Positions 50,130-63,336 of a stretch of 64,000 nucleotides of DNA are shown in pieces. The position numbers and the translations under genes are program-made. The number at the start of each line of letters is the position of its first letter. Position 1 is the stretch's first letter. The notes beneath the pieces were generated by a model. The model was given only the letters and a program-made list of their open reading frames with translations, searched no databases and had not been told where the DNA came from. The DNA comes from Octopus sinensis (lineage: Eukaryota): the NCBI RefSeq assembly GCF_006345805.1, contig NC_043000.1, positions 129,146,001 to 129,210,000 on the forward strand. The letters are read 5' to 3'.

Positions 50130-50838
50130 AGAATAATAACCTTTCTACTATAGGCACAAGGCCTGAAATTTTGGGAGAGGCAGTAAATCGATTATATCAA
50201 CTCCAGTACACAACTGGTACTTAATTTATCGACCTCGAAAGGATGAAATGCAAAGTCAACCTCGGCGGAATTTGAACTCAGAACGTAGCGACATGCGAAA
50301 TACCTATTTCTTTACTACCCACAAGGGGCTAAACACAGAGAGGACAAACAAGGGCAGACAAAGGGATTAAGTCGATTACATCGACCCCAGTTCGTAATTG
50401 GTACTTAATTTATCGACCCCGAAAGGATAAAAGAGACAGAGCGAGAGAGAAAGGGGGAGAACAGAAGCGGTGGAAGAGAAAGAGAGGAAGTAAAAGAGTT
50501 AATCACAAAGTGGGCAGGATACGAAACTAGAAGGCGAAATTTGAACTCAGAACGTTTGGACGGACGAAGTGCCGCTAAGCGTTTTGATCGGCGCGATAAC
50601 GATTCTGTTTCTTTACTACCCACAAGGGGCTAAACACAGAGGGGACAAACAAGGACAGATAAATGGATTAAGTCGATTATATCGACCCCAGTGATTAACT
50701 GGTACTTAATTTATCGACCTCGAAAGGATGAAAGGCAAAGTCGACTTCGGCGGAATTTGAACTCGGAACGTAACGGCAGACGAAATACGGCTACGCATTT
50801 CGCCCGGCGTGCTAACGTTTCTGCTAGCTCGCCGCCTT
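50130..50838 (-). mobile_element. Three adjacent or nested SINE family B copies
   Basis: Three GAATTTGAACTC(A/G)GAACG B-box reverse motifs, with both tail types present. Confidence 0.88.
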
Positions 50839-50839
50839 A

Positions 50840-51632
50840 TGTATACAAAGTATTAGACAGGCCGTCATGAGAACAAAGTGTATGTGTGCGTGTAGGCATA
50901 GTTGTATGCGCGTGTGTTAAGTACATTTAAGGATGACGATAAGGAGATAGTGAAAGAATCTATAGCCATCGAAGTGAGAAGTAAGTTCACAGACACAAAA
51001 AGGTAATACCAGTTCGTAGTCAATAGTACACGGTAGTTGAAATACTGTATCAAGAAGTCGCAGTCATGATGCTGAGCCGGTTACAGGTATATATCATACG
51101 TGAAGTGGTGGTTGTGATGCTGCTGCCTGGGTCACTTTTACAGGAGTTCATACAGGTTGCATATTCGCCGTGGATCCGTGGTGAAATAATTCACGAACAG
51201 TGAAGTGTTAGAACCTGGGTGAGTTGCTTGCTGAGCTGTGTACGTAGAGAGATGATGTTGACGACGTTAAGGACATGATGGTGGCGACGAAGACGGAGGT
51301 TGCCGTAATGCTGTTGGACGAAGTTGGTAAGTTTCAACGTGTTGTGGTGTTTGGCGTTGTCGATAGAACTGGCTGTGTCTTTTTGGTCAGTGGTTAGACC
51401 TTTAAAGGTCTGAAACCAGAAACTTCGGAACGTGGAAAAGCTGAGTTTTTATAACGATTTATAGGCTCAAAACAGGGTGGTGAACAAGCTGTCCCACGTG
51501 ACCCTATTTAGGGCCTCCGGCTGATTATACACGCGACAGAGTAAGAGACAAATTGCCCCATTACCATCCAATCAGAGTAGTGGACACAACGGGACCCAAA
51601 TAGCGGCCAAAGGCTAGCTGTTCCCTACTACG
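50840..51632 (-). mobile_element. Solo-LTR-like element, copy 1
   Basis: Collinear patchy homology to 53944-54763 (GTTGTGTCCACT.CTCTGATTGG, TATAAAAA, ACAGCCAGTTC, TACGTACACAGC); ends ...TACA; no clear TSD. Confidence 0.55.
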
Positions 51633-52067
51633 TTCGAATGCACGTATATATAATATATGGAAGAGAGGAATTTCATCCGAGTCTACGCTACACATTCTTC
51701 GGGGTCGATAAAACAAGTAGTAGTTGAGTACTGGGGTCGATGCAATTGACTATCCTCTCCCCCAAAATTTCAGGCCTTGTGCCTTTATCGACCCGAAATG
51801 TACTTTGGGGGTGGATATTTCTACGTCAATCTTAACACCTAACACTATGTGCTCTCTATATAGGCGGACTTGTATGTTTGCAAATTGTTTTAAAAAAAAT
51901 GAAAATAAAATAGAATAAATATGAAAATCTTATCTTTATATATAAAGAGAGAGAATCTACAAAGACTTTTCGTCTACTGACGTAATAGGTTTGTACCATG
52001 AGTGCTAAGTTTGGCTTACAACTAAAACTCCGTTTTGAACTACAACTGGAAAGTGAGATGTTGAGAC

Positions 52068-52120
<53 letters not shown>

Positions 52121-52126
<6 letters not shown>

Positions 52127-52400
52127 TTTTTCTCTCCTTGTTTCTTTCTGTCTTCCTTTCTGTGGAAGAGCGTAGGCTCGAAACGTTAAAGACTTTTTCA
52201 ATTCCCGAGCGTTATACGAATACATCTGTTTGTTTTCTACACCACCTATCTTCGTCTTTTGTTTTTTTTCGTGAATTCTCCCTATATATATATATATATT
52301 ATATATATATATATATATATACTTTATTTAAAGCAGCAGAAAATTCAATTTGGTATTTGAGTACTCTTTTTTCCACCTTGTTTCACATTTATGTGTTTAC
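52121..52400 (+). mobile_element. Penelope-like pLTR fragment with a hammerhead-like motif, embedded in (TA)n
   Basis: CTGTGGAA-GAGC-GTAG-GCTC-GAAACGT at 52160-52186. Confidence 0.55.
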
Positions 52401-53051
52401 TCCGGTATATATATATATATATCAACAATAAGATATATAAAACAATAAAATTGATGTATTTTCAAGTCCAGTCTAATTTCTTCAATAATTTCCATTCCAC
52501 TACATACGTAAATATGTCTAACAAATATACAATTATTCTATATTAGTAATTTTTATGTTATTTTGGCTACAACGTCTGCTGTTTTCTAAATTGCTCTCGA
52601 GATGCTTTCAAATAAGATAATCTTTATTTGTCTTGTCAGCATGAAATTTTTCAAGTACTTTTCTTATCTTGAAGGTTTTATAGATTCATTGGAAAACACT
52701 TTTCTACAAATTAGGTACAATTGTAGGTGACGGTGTAAAGCCATATCATAAATATTCGATTTAGTTACTGCTGACAGGATAATCAAGTCTTAGGAAAATT
52801 TTAATATTTTCGATGATTTTTTTTTTTCATCGTCAATTTAGCTTGGAAAGTATACATTTTAATTATTTTGAGCGTTTACAGTTTCTTTGTGTTGTTTAGA
52901 TTTTATTCCGGTGAAACGTGCCCAAAGGTTGTCAGTTTAAGGAAATGGATTAGGCGAGAAGTTACTCATAGACGCCTTTTTAATGTAGAGAGCTAAGAAA
53001 TTTTAATTAAATAAAATTATACTCGCTGTGTAAAGAAATAAACGTTTGTTT

Positions 53052-53484
53052 GGATCTTTTCGGTTTGAACGGCAGTTTTTTCTAGCGGTGTCATATGAAA
53101 TTGTCACCCATAATTATGACCCTAGTATCGATCTATTGCATTTCAATCTGTTTTAGGGCTTGGGTTAGTTAGGGTTAGGATTAGGGGTGGGGGGAAGGGT
53201 ATCTTTTTTTCTTCAGAAATGTAAATAAACCCAATCTGTTTCTTAAACTAGGGACATATTCATACGGCACAGAATGTTTTCACCTCAATAGACGTCATTG
53301 ATTGGTTGAAATTGCAGAAATTGAAGAAAAAGAACAACAAATATCTTACAAACTATAGAATTTTCTCAATAAAGCCAAGAGAAAAAGATGTTTTATAAAC
53401 ACATTCTACCAGTATACGAAGTTTAAAAGTGTTTAGTTACGTGGAAATTATTTTCAAAAACTGCCGTTCAAACCGAAAAGATCC
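53052..53484 (-). mobile_element. GGATC-terminal MITE, copy 3
   Basis: Reverse-orientation homologue of 38787-39203; perfect terminal TIR; imperfect 8-bp TSD. Confidence 0.9.
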
Positions 53485-53943
53485 ATTGGTTTTAATGATA
53501 GATGGAGGCGTATGAGTTAGTGGTTAGATTGTTGGACTTATGAGCGTAAGATTGTGGTTTCGATTCCTGCACCGGGCGATGCGTTGTGTTCTTGAGGAAA
53601 ACACTTCATTTCACGTTGCTTTAGTCCACTCTGCTGGTAAAAAAAATGAATAATCCTGCGACAGACCGGCAGGATTTCCGTCCAGGAAAACCGGTTTTGT
53701 GCATCTTAAAGAGTAGCGTAGTTTAACCATGTACCACTATGTTTAATGATCTGTTTTAGGAAAGCAACTCCGTAATCTAAATCAAAACTTGAATGAATGC
53801 ATGCAGTGGGGAAGCGTACTACCTTTGGCAAATACGATAATTCCAGGGTTTGTTTTGGTTTTATTAGAACCTATCAGTTAGTACTTGTCACAACTTAAAT
53901 TTTCAGGAAAGCAAAGATGTCGAGCGATGAAAATTGATAGATG

Positions 53944-54763
53944 TGTAGCGTAGCTGATATCCTCACTTTTTGAGAGATATATTAGAAATGATCTCGTGTT
54001 AGATAGCAACCAACTTCGGCTATTTTGACCTTGTTGTGTCCACTGCTCTGATTGGTTGGCATTGGCGTAGTTTGTCTCTTGACTTATTTCGCGCCAGTGT
54101 GTAAACCAACCAATCACGACCTTCGGATAAGGTCCCATGACACAGTCTTTTTGGGGTTTCACTGGAGCCCACCTCAGGTTATAAAAAAGGCCTGGAAATC
54201 ACTATTTCTCGTCTTTGGTTCTCTGACCACAGAGCACTCAGCCATGTTCCAGCAACACCGTCTTAGGTTCTAGTCCTTTTCAGGACTAACCTCTGACTAC
54301 AGAGCGACTCAACCATTGACCACAACACAACCAGACAGCCAGTTCCCGCGACGACGCTAACATACACCAGCAACTCAGGTCCATTCTCCACCGTCGCCCT
54401 CATCTCCGTCGACTTCAACGATACGTACACAGCACTCGCTCAGGTTTAGCTTTCTCGCTGTTGTGATTTTCACCAAGGTTAACAGCACAGCACTACCTGC
54501 ATGGATTCCTGTATCAAGAGACCTGGCACAGCATGCACACTTTGCTAGCAGCCATACTTTATCTTATTGTACACATCTGTACAAACAGTAGAACGATTGT
54601 CTTCTCTCTCAAACAGTAGAACGATTGTCGTCCTCATTATTCCTTTTGGCACTTATTCTTTTATATCATGTATAGGGGCTATCTTCTTTTTTGGGACGGC
54701 CGTGCGGCGTTAAAAAGGAGACATTTCTGTCACCAACTCCTTACGTACAGTCGTATCCCTACA
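53944..54763 (+). mobile_element. Solo-LTR-like element, copy 2 (boundaries uncertain; alternative 53997-54883)
   Basis: TGTAG...CTACA termini, 4-bp flanks gatg/ggtg, ATTGG boxes and TATAAAAA; homology to copy 1. Confidence 0.55.
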
Positions 54764-55587
54764 GGTGTAATGAAAAACAAATTTTTGTCTATTCGAGTGT
54801 ATAAAAAAAAGCCTCTATGTATCGTTTTAACTTTCGTTACTGAAACAATGCGCTGCCCTTTATATATTTATATTGTTACAACATCTCCAAAAGGCTCTGT
54901 TTAACAAGCTCATGCCACGTCGGATTATCAACTAGTCAGAAACTCGAAGCAAATTCAAATAACCGTATAACAAATTCACATAATCTCAAAGACGAATTCA
55001 AATAATGTCAGAACAGATTAAAACAATCTCGGAGTAAATTTGATTGACATATTAATAAAACACAGTAAATGCCTGGATTTTGAATTGTTTTAACTTATGC
55101 AAATCCGATTTTAAAATTAATTCCTTTTATAATTTAACTGAAGTCCACAGGACTGTATTTATTATTATGTTATGTAACATTAAAAATGAGAAATCAATAC
55201 GCTGGCTATTGAAACTAACACCGTTCTGCTATTTAAGTCTCACATTGTCCTGGACACTTGAATACTGCTTCAGACGCACTATCGGATGATTTTTGTGGCG
55301 CTTTTTACCAGAGTAACCTCTTAGAACTCCACAAATCTTTCTACCTTCCTGGCCATACAAGGTAGAGTGGGGATAGGGTGATCGTTCAATCGTTCTGTAA
55401 TCGATGGCGATATTGAATATGTTGTTTTGTATATTTCTCTCATTTATCAAAAGTTAAAGCCGCACGACTATCATTTCGAAAAATGATGCACAAAGTAAGC
55501 GTTACTGACTCCCTGAGATTGGTGGAAGATTCAAGAGGGAAATCGGAAAACAAGTGTAGGAAGGTAAAAGTTAGTGAGAAATTCAAA

Positions 55588-55749
55588 GGGCAGGAGTGTC
55601 CGTGGGGTAAGCAGCTTGCTTACGAACCACATCGTTTCGGGTTCAGTCCCACTGCGTGGCACCTTGGGCAAGTGTCTTCTACTATAGCCTCGGGCCGACC
55701 AAAGCCTTGTGAGTGGATTTGGTAGACGGAAACTGAAAGAAGACCGTCG

Positions 55750-55799
<50 letters not shown>

Positions 55800-56025
55800 T
55801 GTGTGCGTATGTGTGTGTTTGTGTGTCTGTGTTTGTTCCCCAACATCGCTTGACAACCGATGCTGGTGTGTTTGCGTTCCTGTAAATTAGCGGTTCGGCA
55901 AAAGAGACCGATAGAATAAGTACTAGGCTTACAAAGAATAAGTCCTGGGGTCGATTTGCTCGACTAAAGGCGGTGCTCCAGCATGGCCATGGCCAAATGA
56001 TTAAAACAAATAAAGAGTAAAGAGA
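55588..56025 (+). mobile_element. SINE family A
   Basis: Full match with an internal (TA)n expansion. Confidence 0.9.
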
Positions 56026-56336
56026 AGGCAAAATATTTAAACTAGTAGTCGTTCGTTAAGTGCAGTAGCAATGTATATAACATACACACACACACAGACA
56101 CAATGTCGGTAGGGTAAAATCCAAGCTGTGTCCTCTTGAAACACATCTGCTTATTTCAGTATGTAGTTGCATTGATGTGAGGTACGTATTAAAGTTTAAA
56201 ATTCTGGAAATATTGTTTGCAGTTATTATATAATAAAACAAGAAGTTGGGAATTTGTGGGGATTACTTGGTATTATTTAATAATACCAAAACATTCTTTC
56301 TCTGTTTATGTGTGTGTGTGTGTGTGTGTGTGTGTG

Positions 56337-56391
<55 letters not shown>

Positions 56392-56434
56392 TGATTTGGG
56401 GTTAGAAAATGTATCTGAATCTAAAAAACGAGTA

Positions 56435-56956
56435 CCGTAAATCCTCAAGTATAATCCGCATTTTTTTCCCCAAAATTTAAAGTTCAAAATCCCTAGAGCG
56501 TACTATATACAAGGTTAAAAATGAAAAATATTTTCTAGGCAATGTCCGTGTCTCTATTTGCTGTCCGGCAATGTTTATTCAGACGCATTTTGTGATGTCA
56601 GGCGCGAAAACACCTTAAGCTAAGCCTGAAAGCAATGAAGTCATAAAAGAATCATCCATAACTTGCAGTAAGCAACATTTATTAAAATAAAAGTATTCAG
56701 AACACAGAATAACATGTAACAAAAACAATTTGCAAACATATTTACATTCCCATATAACAGTTAAGAACATCACCATTATTGTATTACGCATGCACGGAAG
56801 TGTTTGTTCGACTAGGTGCTGCTGGCTTAATTACACACGACTCAAGTTAGAGATGGGGTGCGTATTATACACAGGGTTTAGTTTTTCAGAGGTACAGCCC
56901 CCTAAAAATCCCCTGCGTATTATACTCAAGGGCGAACTATACTCGAGGATTTGCGG
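56435..56956. mobile_element. pogo/Tc1-type MITE
   Basis: TA flanks (56433-34, 56957-58); TIR CCG(T/C)AAATCCTC(A/G)AGTATA. Confidence 0.8.
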
Positions 56957-57030
56957 TAGTCGTTTTAAATAGATTTATTCACATACCAAACTAGTTTCGA
57001 CATTTGTTTTGCCTGTCAATGGTAAAAATA

Positions 57031-57360
57031 TATATAAAAAGCGGGATTTAGCAGAGTTTAAATTTACAAGGTAAACATTGGACAAACATGTTTCAATCAT
57101 CAAATGTTCACAGAAATTTCAATGAGTTTCTCAGGGATAGATAGTAATATCAATGTAATGTCAATATGTTCGGTGAAGATCGTAACAGAACTTCCAATAA
57201 TGTACATTTGTTATGATCTTCACCGAACGTTTACATCGATATTACTATTTAGCCCTGTGAAACTCATTGAAATTTGTGTGAATATTTGATTGTTTAAATG
57301 TGTTTGTCCAATTTTACCTTGCAACGTTAGACTCTGTTAAACCTCCTTTTTCTTTATATA
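57031..57360. mobile_element. 330-bp near-complete hairpin (MITE-like)
   Basis: Arms of about 155 bp share CAAGGTAAA, TTGGACAAACA, AAATTTCAATGAGTTTC, TAGTAATATC and TTCGGTGAAGATC; loop of about 20 nt. Confidence 0.85.
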
Positions 57361-57520
57361 CATTTATTTGTACCGTTGATAAGCATACAATTGTCGAAAC
57401 TAGTTTTGCATGTGAATAAATCAATTTAAAACGACTACATGTTTTTTAGATTCAGGTGCATTTTCAAACGCCAAAACAATTTCTATATTTTTTCTGCCTG
57501 GGAATACACTTCTTTCCATA

Positions 57521-57581
<61 letters not shown>

Positions 57582-58243
57582 CACATACACACACACACAT
57601 ATACATCATTTATATGATTGAGCACCACGCATCATCTTCCAAGTTTTATCTTTATAATTCTGATGCGCACTCTATTCGATCTTTTTACTCTTTCGTTTTT
57701 CTCTCTTTCTCTCTCTTATTCTTTTACCTCTTCTTCTCCCACTATTCTATCCCATTACTCTGTTAATCTCTCTCCCTCTCTTGCTCACGTGTCTCCCACG
57801 TGACCATCGGTCATCTTTCTTTCTTCAAACTTGTGTTTCTTTCTTTCTCTCCGTTGTAGCTGGAACAAGGAAGACGTGTTCTTGTATGTCTCCTGTCCAA
57901 GCTTGATTTACGCATTCGCCACCACAACCCCGTTTAGGCTTAGCAGCCCTTCCTGTTTGTTTTCACTGTCCTGTTTGTGTTAGCAATTTTGACCCTCCGC
58001 AAAATCCCAAATTTTATTTAATTTGCTTTACGGGAGCAACTGTTTTATCGAAAGCGTATATTGTTATTAAATGCTCAAATACAAGACTAGAAAAACAGCC
58101 AACAACTGATGAAGGGTCGTTTTTTATGTTGTTTGTTTTGTTTTCCATTTGTGTCTTTCGTTGTTCGAAAACATAGTTCATATTCCATGTACTCGTACTT
58201 CGTATTTTTTTGTACACGTTTCATGACGTCCTGTGCCCAAAAA

Positions 58244-58313
<70 letters not shown>

Positions 58314-58410
58314 GTATAGATTTATGTACATATACGTATATATATATATATATATATATATTATTTATATTATTATATGATTGAACGCCATGTATCCTCT
58401 TCCAAGTAAG

Positions 58411-58489
<79 letters not shown>

Positions 58490-58599
58490 ACAGAGAGAGA
58501 TGTATTTCGTTATAAGTCGAATATTTATGATATGATTCTATCCCCATCATCTACAAATGTACATGATTTGTCGAAAGTTTTTCCCAATGAATCTATAAA

Positions 58600-60240
58600 T
58601 CCTTTAAGATAAGAAAAGAACTTGGAAAAAAATTCATGCAGACAAGACAAATAAAGATTTTTCTTATTTTTAAGCACTTCGAGAGCAATTTGAAAAACAG
58701 CAGACGTTGTCGAGTGTTTTCATTCTTTCGTAGCAATGCAAAATAAATAAATAAACAAAATTTTTTAAATGATGGGCTACGCAGCTCATACAAAATTCCA
58801 TTTCATTATTGATTACCAAATCCAAGAAGCCACATACTATTGGCAAAAATTGATCCTGCCAGCTGTTAGTGAGGTTCTATATACTGTGTTGAACAAACCA
58901 AACCAACAACTTACACAATCGATAAAATTCTTTTGAGCGATAGTACAATACAGTGATGAATTTACCAAACAGGCAAGAATGTAGAAGATACATTATGTAA
59001 TGTTTTGAATACTGTCCGAATTTTGTAACAACTGGAGGAATCGACTCTACGTTACTGAAGCTAACGTCAGCTTTGCTTTTAGCTTACAACAGGTCTAAAA
59101 GAGAAAAATATTTCGAGCTAAATTTGTCAGACGTTGGTAGTAGATACTAAAGGAAAGTGGATATTTCTTGTTGCAGAAAAGTGTTTAAAAAAAATGAGAT
59201 TGCTCTTGCAAATATAGCAACAACTATAGCGTTCTGTAGATGGTGAGCTGTTACAGTAAATTCACTGAACATTTAAGACCGTTCGTGCCAATTGTATTAG
59301 CTGCGCATTGCGTGATTCATCGACAACATTTAATTGCAAAAAAAACCGAAGCGATCGCTTGCATCGCTAATAGCAATACCATTGCAGCACAATTAACAAA
59401 AGAAGAAACAACTATCTCGATAAATTGTAATTTAGACATTTGTGCGAACAAAGCAATGAAGAATTAAATTATTAGTATTCCGTACTAAAGTTCTCTGGTT
59501 GCCGAATTGCGTCTGTCAGAGTTGCTTATGTAGTTCTTTTATTTTTACTTTTTTTTAGTAAGTTTTAGAATTCTCTGAAAACAAAGATATATTTGAGCAA
59601 GTTATCTTCAAGAAGTTCAAAAGTGACGTTGTCTATATGTCAGATATATATTTCGAATATAATGAATTTAATTTCAGTAAAACTAAAGGCTGTCATTTGT
59701 GCATTTGTTTCGAATATCATTCTGTTGAAATATATTTGAGACGTGTGGAGAATTTTATAAGTTTCAGGGTCTTTCTCTACTGGGGGGAAAAGACAGAAAC
59801 ATAGATGATAATGTTCAGGTTTAGTGTCAACATTTAGAAACGTTACATAAAGGCTTCTCTGAATCGTTTGAAGATATTCTTGCTATGAAGATTACCGATT
59901 GGGCTTTGGACCAATTTCATGAGCTGATAAAACAGGTATGCAATTACAAAAAGAAGTGATTAAATTTATAACCAGCAAAGTGTTGAAGCTCAAATTTCTG
60001 AACGGATGCCATTATTTCTGGTCGCTGCACCAAATTACAGATCCATAACCTGGATTTCGGCCGCTGTGAAAAAGTTCTTAATTGCTTTTCTGTCTTCCTA
60101 TTCGGTCGAAAATGGATTAAGTGCTTTTATGGAATTTTTGAGATGAAGATAAACTGATTACAAATGACCAAATAAGGAGATTAAAGGTTACCGCTTACTA
60201 ATATTGGGCTGGATGTTGAAAAATTAAAATCATAACACTA
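58600..60240 (+). pseudogene. Degenerate hAT (Buster/Charlie-type) transposase
   Basis: DGLRSSYKI, KKPHTIG..LILPAVSE, LAAHCVIHRQHLIAKK and LIAFLSSYSVENGLS across several frames, with stops. Confidence 0.88.
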
Positions 60241-60419
60241 TCCTTTACTTAATAAAATAAACCAAGTAATTTTAGATATTTCTGATAATAATTCTTTCAG
60301 TTATATATTAAATGCTTATATAAAAAATTATCTAGATTTAACATCAATGGGGCTTTGAAATATGTATGCTCTCAAAAGAACCCCAAAAGAACAGCATCAA
60401 TGCACCAGATCTATGCGTT

Positions 60420-61075
60420 CTGTTGATCACAAAACTGTTCGATCTGAGGGTCCGTTACCTTTATCGTCAAGTCATGAATAGTTGTTGATTGTTGTCCATC
60501 AATATTTCTCCTTGCTTTCTTTGTCATACATATATTCATCGACTGTCATTTCTTGACTAACTACGTTATTTTCTATTTTCGGTTAACTTGGTTATGTCCA
60601 CTCAAATCGACAAATTGCATTAAAGTCATCAAAATGGAAATATTTCTCGTATGATGGCCATGTTCCAACAAGCCGCTCGACTCAATATCACCCTGCACTA
60701 AATTGGCAATGTGAAGATTATGTTGATATCATCTGAAAAAACAGTAAATTTTAAAATGTAACTATTCCTCTATGAGGATCTGTTCTATGTGACACCTTAT
60801 GTTTTATTACTGTGTTCATTCACAAATTCAGCATATTTACTTCTCTTCACCTTTATTCGTAAATGGCTCCAAGTATGAGCATTCCAGCCAGGACTCTTCT
60901 TCTATCTCTCTCACCTCTCTCTCTCTCTGGGAGGGTCTGTTGAAAACATTCATCCGTAATAAAGACGAACTTTCACTGTCAACTTTTCAATTGGATTATA
61001 ATGTTCAGTATATTTATAATCGTTTTCCTTGTGATCCAGAAGATTCCATTAAAATAAGAGACCTAGTCCAGTCAA
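60420..61075 (+). pseudogene. Degenerate Gypsy-type integrase core and C-terminus
   Basis: GPLPLSS, TLFSIFG..GYVHS, TSRSTQYHP.LN.QCE, LLKTFIRNK and YIYNRFP..PEDSIKIRDL. Confidence 0.75.
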
Positions 61076-61289
61076 GAGATGCCCCAGATATGGCTGAGGT
61101 AAGATATGATGAATGTGCTTAAAAGAAAGTGTCAATATTTCTGACAATCACTCACATCTTGATAGGTCTAACCTGACTACTGATAAACCTGCTATACAAC
61201 AACCCTGTCAAACTCTACAAGCTAAGGAATTCGCCTTGGACTTCTGGTCGCGTCGTTCTACTCTTATCAATGATATTGAAAGAAATGAC

Positions 61290-61345
61290 GATGATAATGA
61301 TGATGATGATGATGATGATGATTATGATGATGATGATGATGACCA
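61290..61345. repeat. (GAT)n microsatellite
   Basis: Direct inspection. Confidence 0.95.
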
Positions 61346-61907
61346 TCATCATCATTTTAACGATCACTTTAATATGCTCGTTTAGCTTTGTTAAGCTATA
61401 CGCAAACAAATTAGTGGAGACGAGAATACATTTACCAAAGGTTTATTACTTGACGTACATCAGGGCTTAAGTCGTCAGCTGTTTCTGTTTTGTTCACTCA
61501 GATTCGTTACACGCTCGCTGTTGACATTCTTTTGTTTTGGAACTCCTTCCGGAAGTTCTTTTGTTTTCCTGCTGACCAACTTCCTAGCTAGCCCGCAGTG
61601 AAGTTTCTGTTTACAGTTCGTCTGTCACGAATCCGGCCCTACACTCGCGTGGGTTGAACAGACTTTATGGAGACAGATTTTCTAGGACTGATTGCCCTTC
61701 GTGTCACCAACCTTTATCTGTTTGTTAGCAAGGTAATATTTCTCCATGACCAGACATGTTCTTGCAGAATATTGGAAATGAATTATACTGCTTGTATGAC
61801 AGTGACAATCATTTTACGATTATCAGATAATGTCAAGAAAAGGATACACAAACACACACACATACACATACTCATACATGCATACGCAATCATGTATGTA
61901 TGTATGT

Positions 61908-62997
61908 CCACTTTCTCTTCTTAATCTAGAATAATTTTTGACCGGCCACCTGCTTAGCAGCAAATTGTGAAGGGAAGCACCTTGTTTTGCTCATTATCAT
62001 TTCAATCTTAAGGAAGTCTTGCAGATTTTTATTGTTTCAGATATCGTGATCATTTGTAGTTTATGAATTAAGGATTTGCGTTCTCCGCCGCCGAACTCAA
62101 GTTCAGCCATACTTTGTTTCATCTTGGTTTCTGGATTTGCAAACTCTTTATCAATGATCTCTTGCATTTTTGTAACCACTTTGGTGTCCAGGGGGCAGCT
62201 GATTTCCACAACAGAACATATCTTTTCTTTGTGGTCCCACACAACAATATCTGGCCGGTTGTTTTAACTTGGTGACTGTTTCATTTTTAAGTTCCATCAA
62301 TATTCCTGAGACACATCGGCTTCAGTGTGGCCCACTTCGTCTGTAGGTGTTTTATTTTTTGTTACCTTGTTCCAGACTTTTCTGACCACCGCATCATGCT
62401 TCATGGGAAGATAAATCTGGAAGACATTCTCTCTCACAGTTGGCAATAATGTGGTTGCTGTCTTCAATCTTGGTCTTGCACAGCCTACATTTGCTGTCAG
62501 TCGATGTTTTCTACATATAGGCAGTAAGTACTTTATGGGGATCTCTTGTTCTTGAATTGCATAGAGGTAGACTTTGAAGTGGAACACCATGCAAAACTTT
62601 TGACATAATCAATCTTGTCTCTGGTTTGCGTTTTTCATCTCAAGTACCCATGTATCATCTTCTCAGTGGACTAGTCCATTTTTTGCATTTTGTTCTTCTG
62701 ATAGACAGGTTTTACCAATGCTCCTTAGAGAGAGATCTGTATCAGTTCTTATTTTATACCTTCATGTCATTAGCTATCCGAATTATGTTATTGATTTCAG
62801 GGTCAAAATCTTGGACAAAATGGTTACTGGTTTCTTTCCTCTGCTGCATATGTTGTTTCAATGTTACAGCATGTTCTTTATACGACATCAATACAGGTCT
62901 GAGACCCCTACGTGAGAAGTATAGCCTTCTACAGCTCCATTGATGCTGGAGTTTCCTGTAACATTGAGCAGCTTGCGTGTTCGAACATCTATATCAC
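61908..62997 (-). mobile_element. 5'-truncated R4/Dong-like non-LTR retrotransposon fossil (CCHC knuckle and restriction-like endonuclease)
   Basis: DIDVRTRKLL, MHGYL, AIQEQEIP, DSKCRLCKTKIEDSNHIIANC, KHDAV, NRPDIVVWDHKEKICSVVEISCPLD and LQMITISETIKICK, frameshifted. Confidence 0.88.
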
Positions 62998-63239
62998 TGT
63001 ATGTATGTATATCTCTTCTGTATTTAGTCATTTAAATTCTTCCTATGAAGGAGCTGGTTTCTAGCAAAGATACAAAGCTCCGTCTTTGGAATGTAGATAA
63101 CGAAAATAATGTCACATTTTAAACCTGGGAAAAGTCTTGCATAGCTTAACTGTTCCACTTAAAGATTGTATTTATAATGTGCGAATCGGTTGATTTCTTT
63201 TTCTGAAATCCAAGCTTATCTAGACTGACAGCTAATCAT

Positions 63240-63305
63240 TTATTTACAAAACCAATTGCTCCAATTATTATTGGTATAAACGTAAATTTGTAATCCGGAT
63301 ATAGA

Positions 63306-63306
<1 letters not shown>
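63240..63306 (-). mobile_element. Second R4-like fragment (LYPDYKFTFIPIIIGAIGFV)
   Basis: Resembles the post-endonuclease PIIIGALG segment that is missing from the main copy. Confidence 0.65.

Positions 63307-63336
<30 letters not shown>

Noticed and set aside
53160-53190. Interstitial telomere repeat
   Set aside because: Only a few TTAGGG-like units, internal to the GGATC-MITE.
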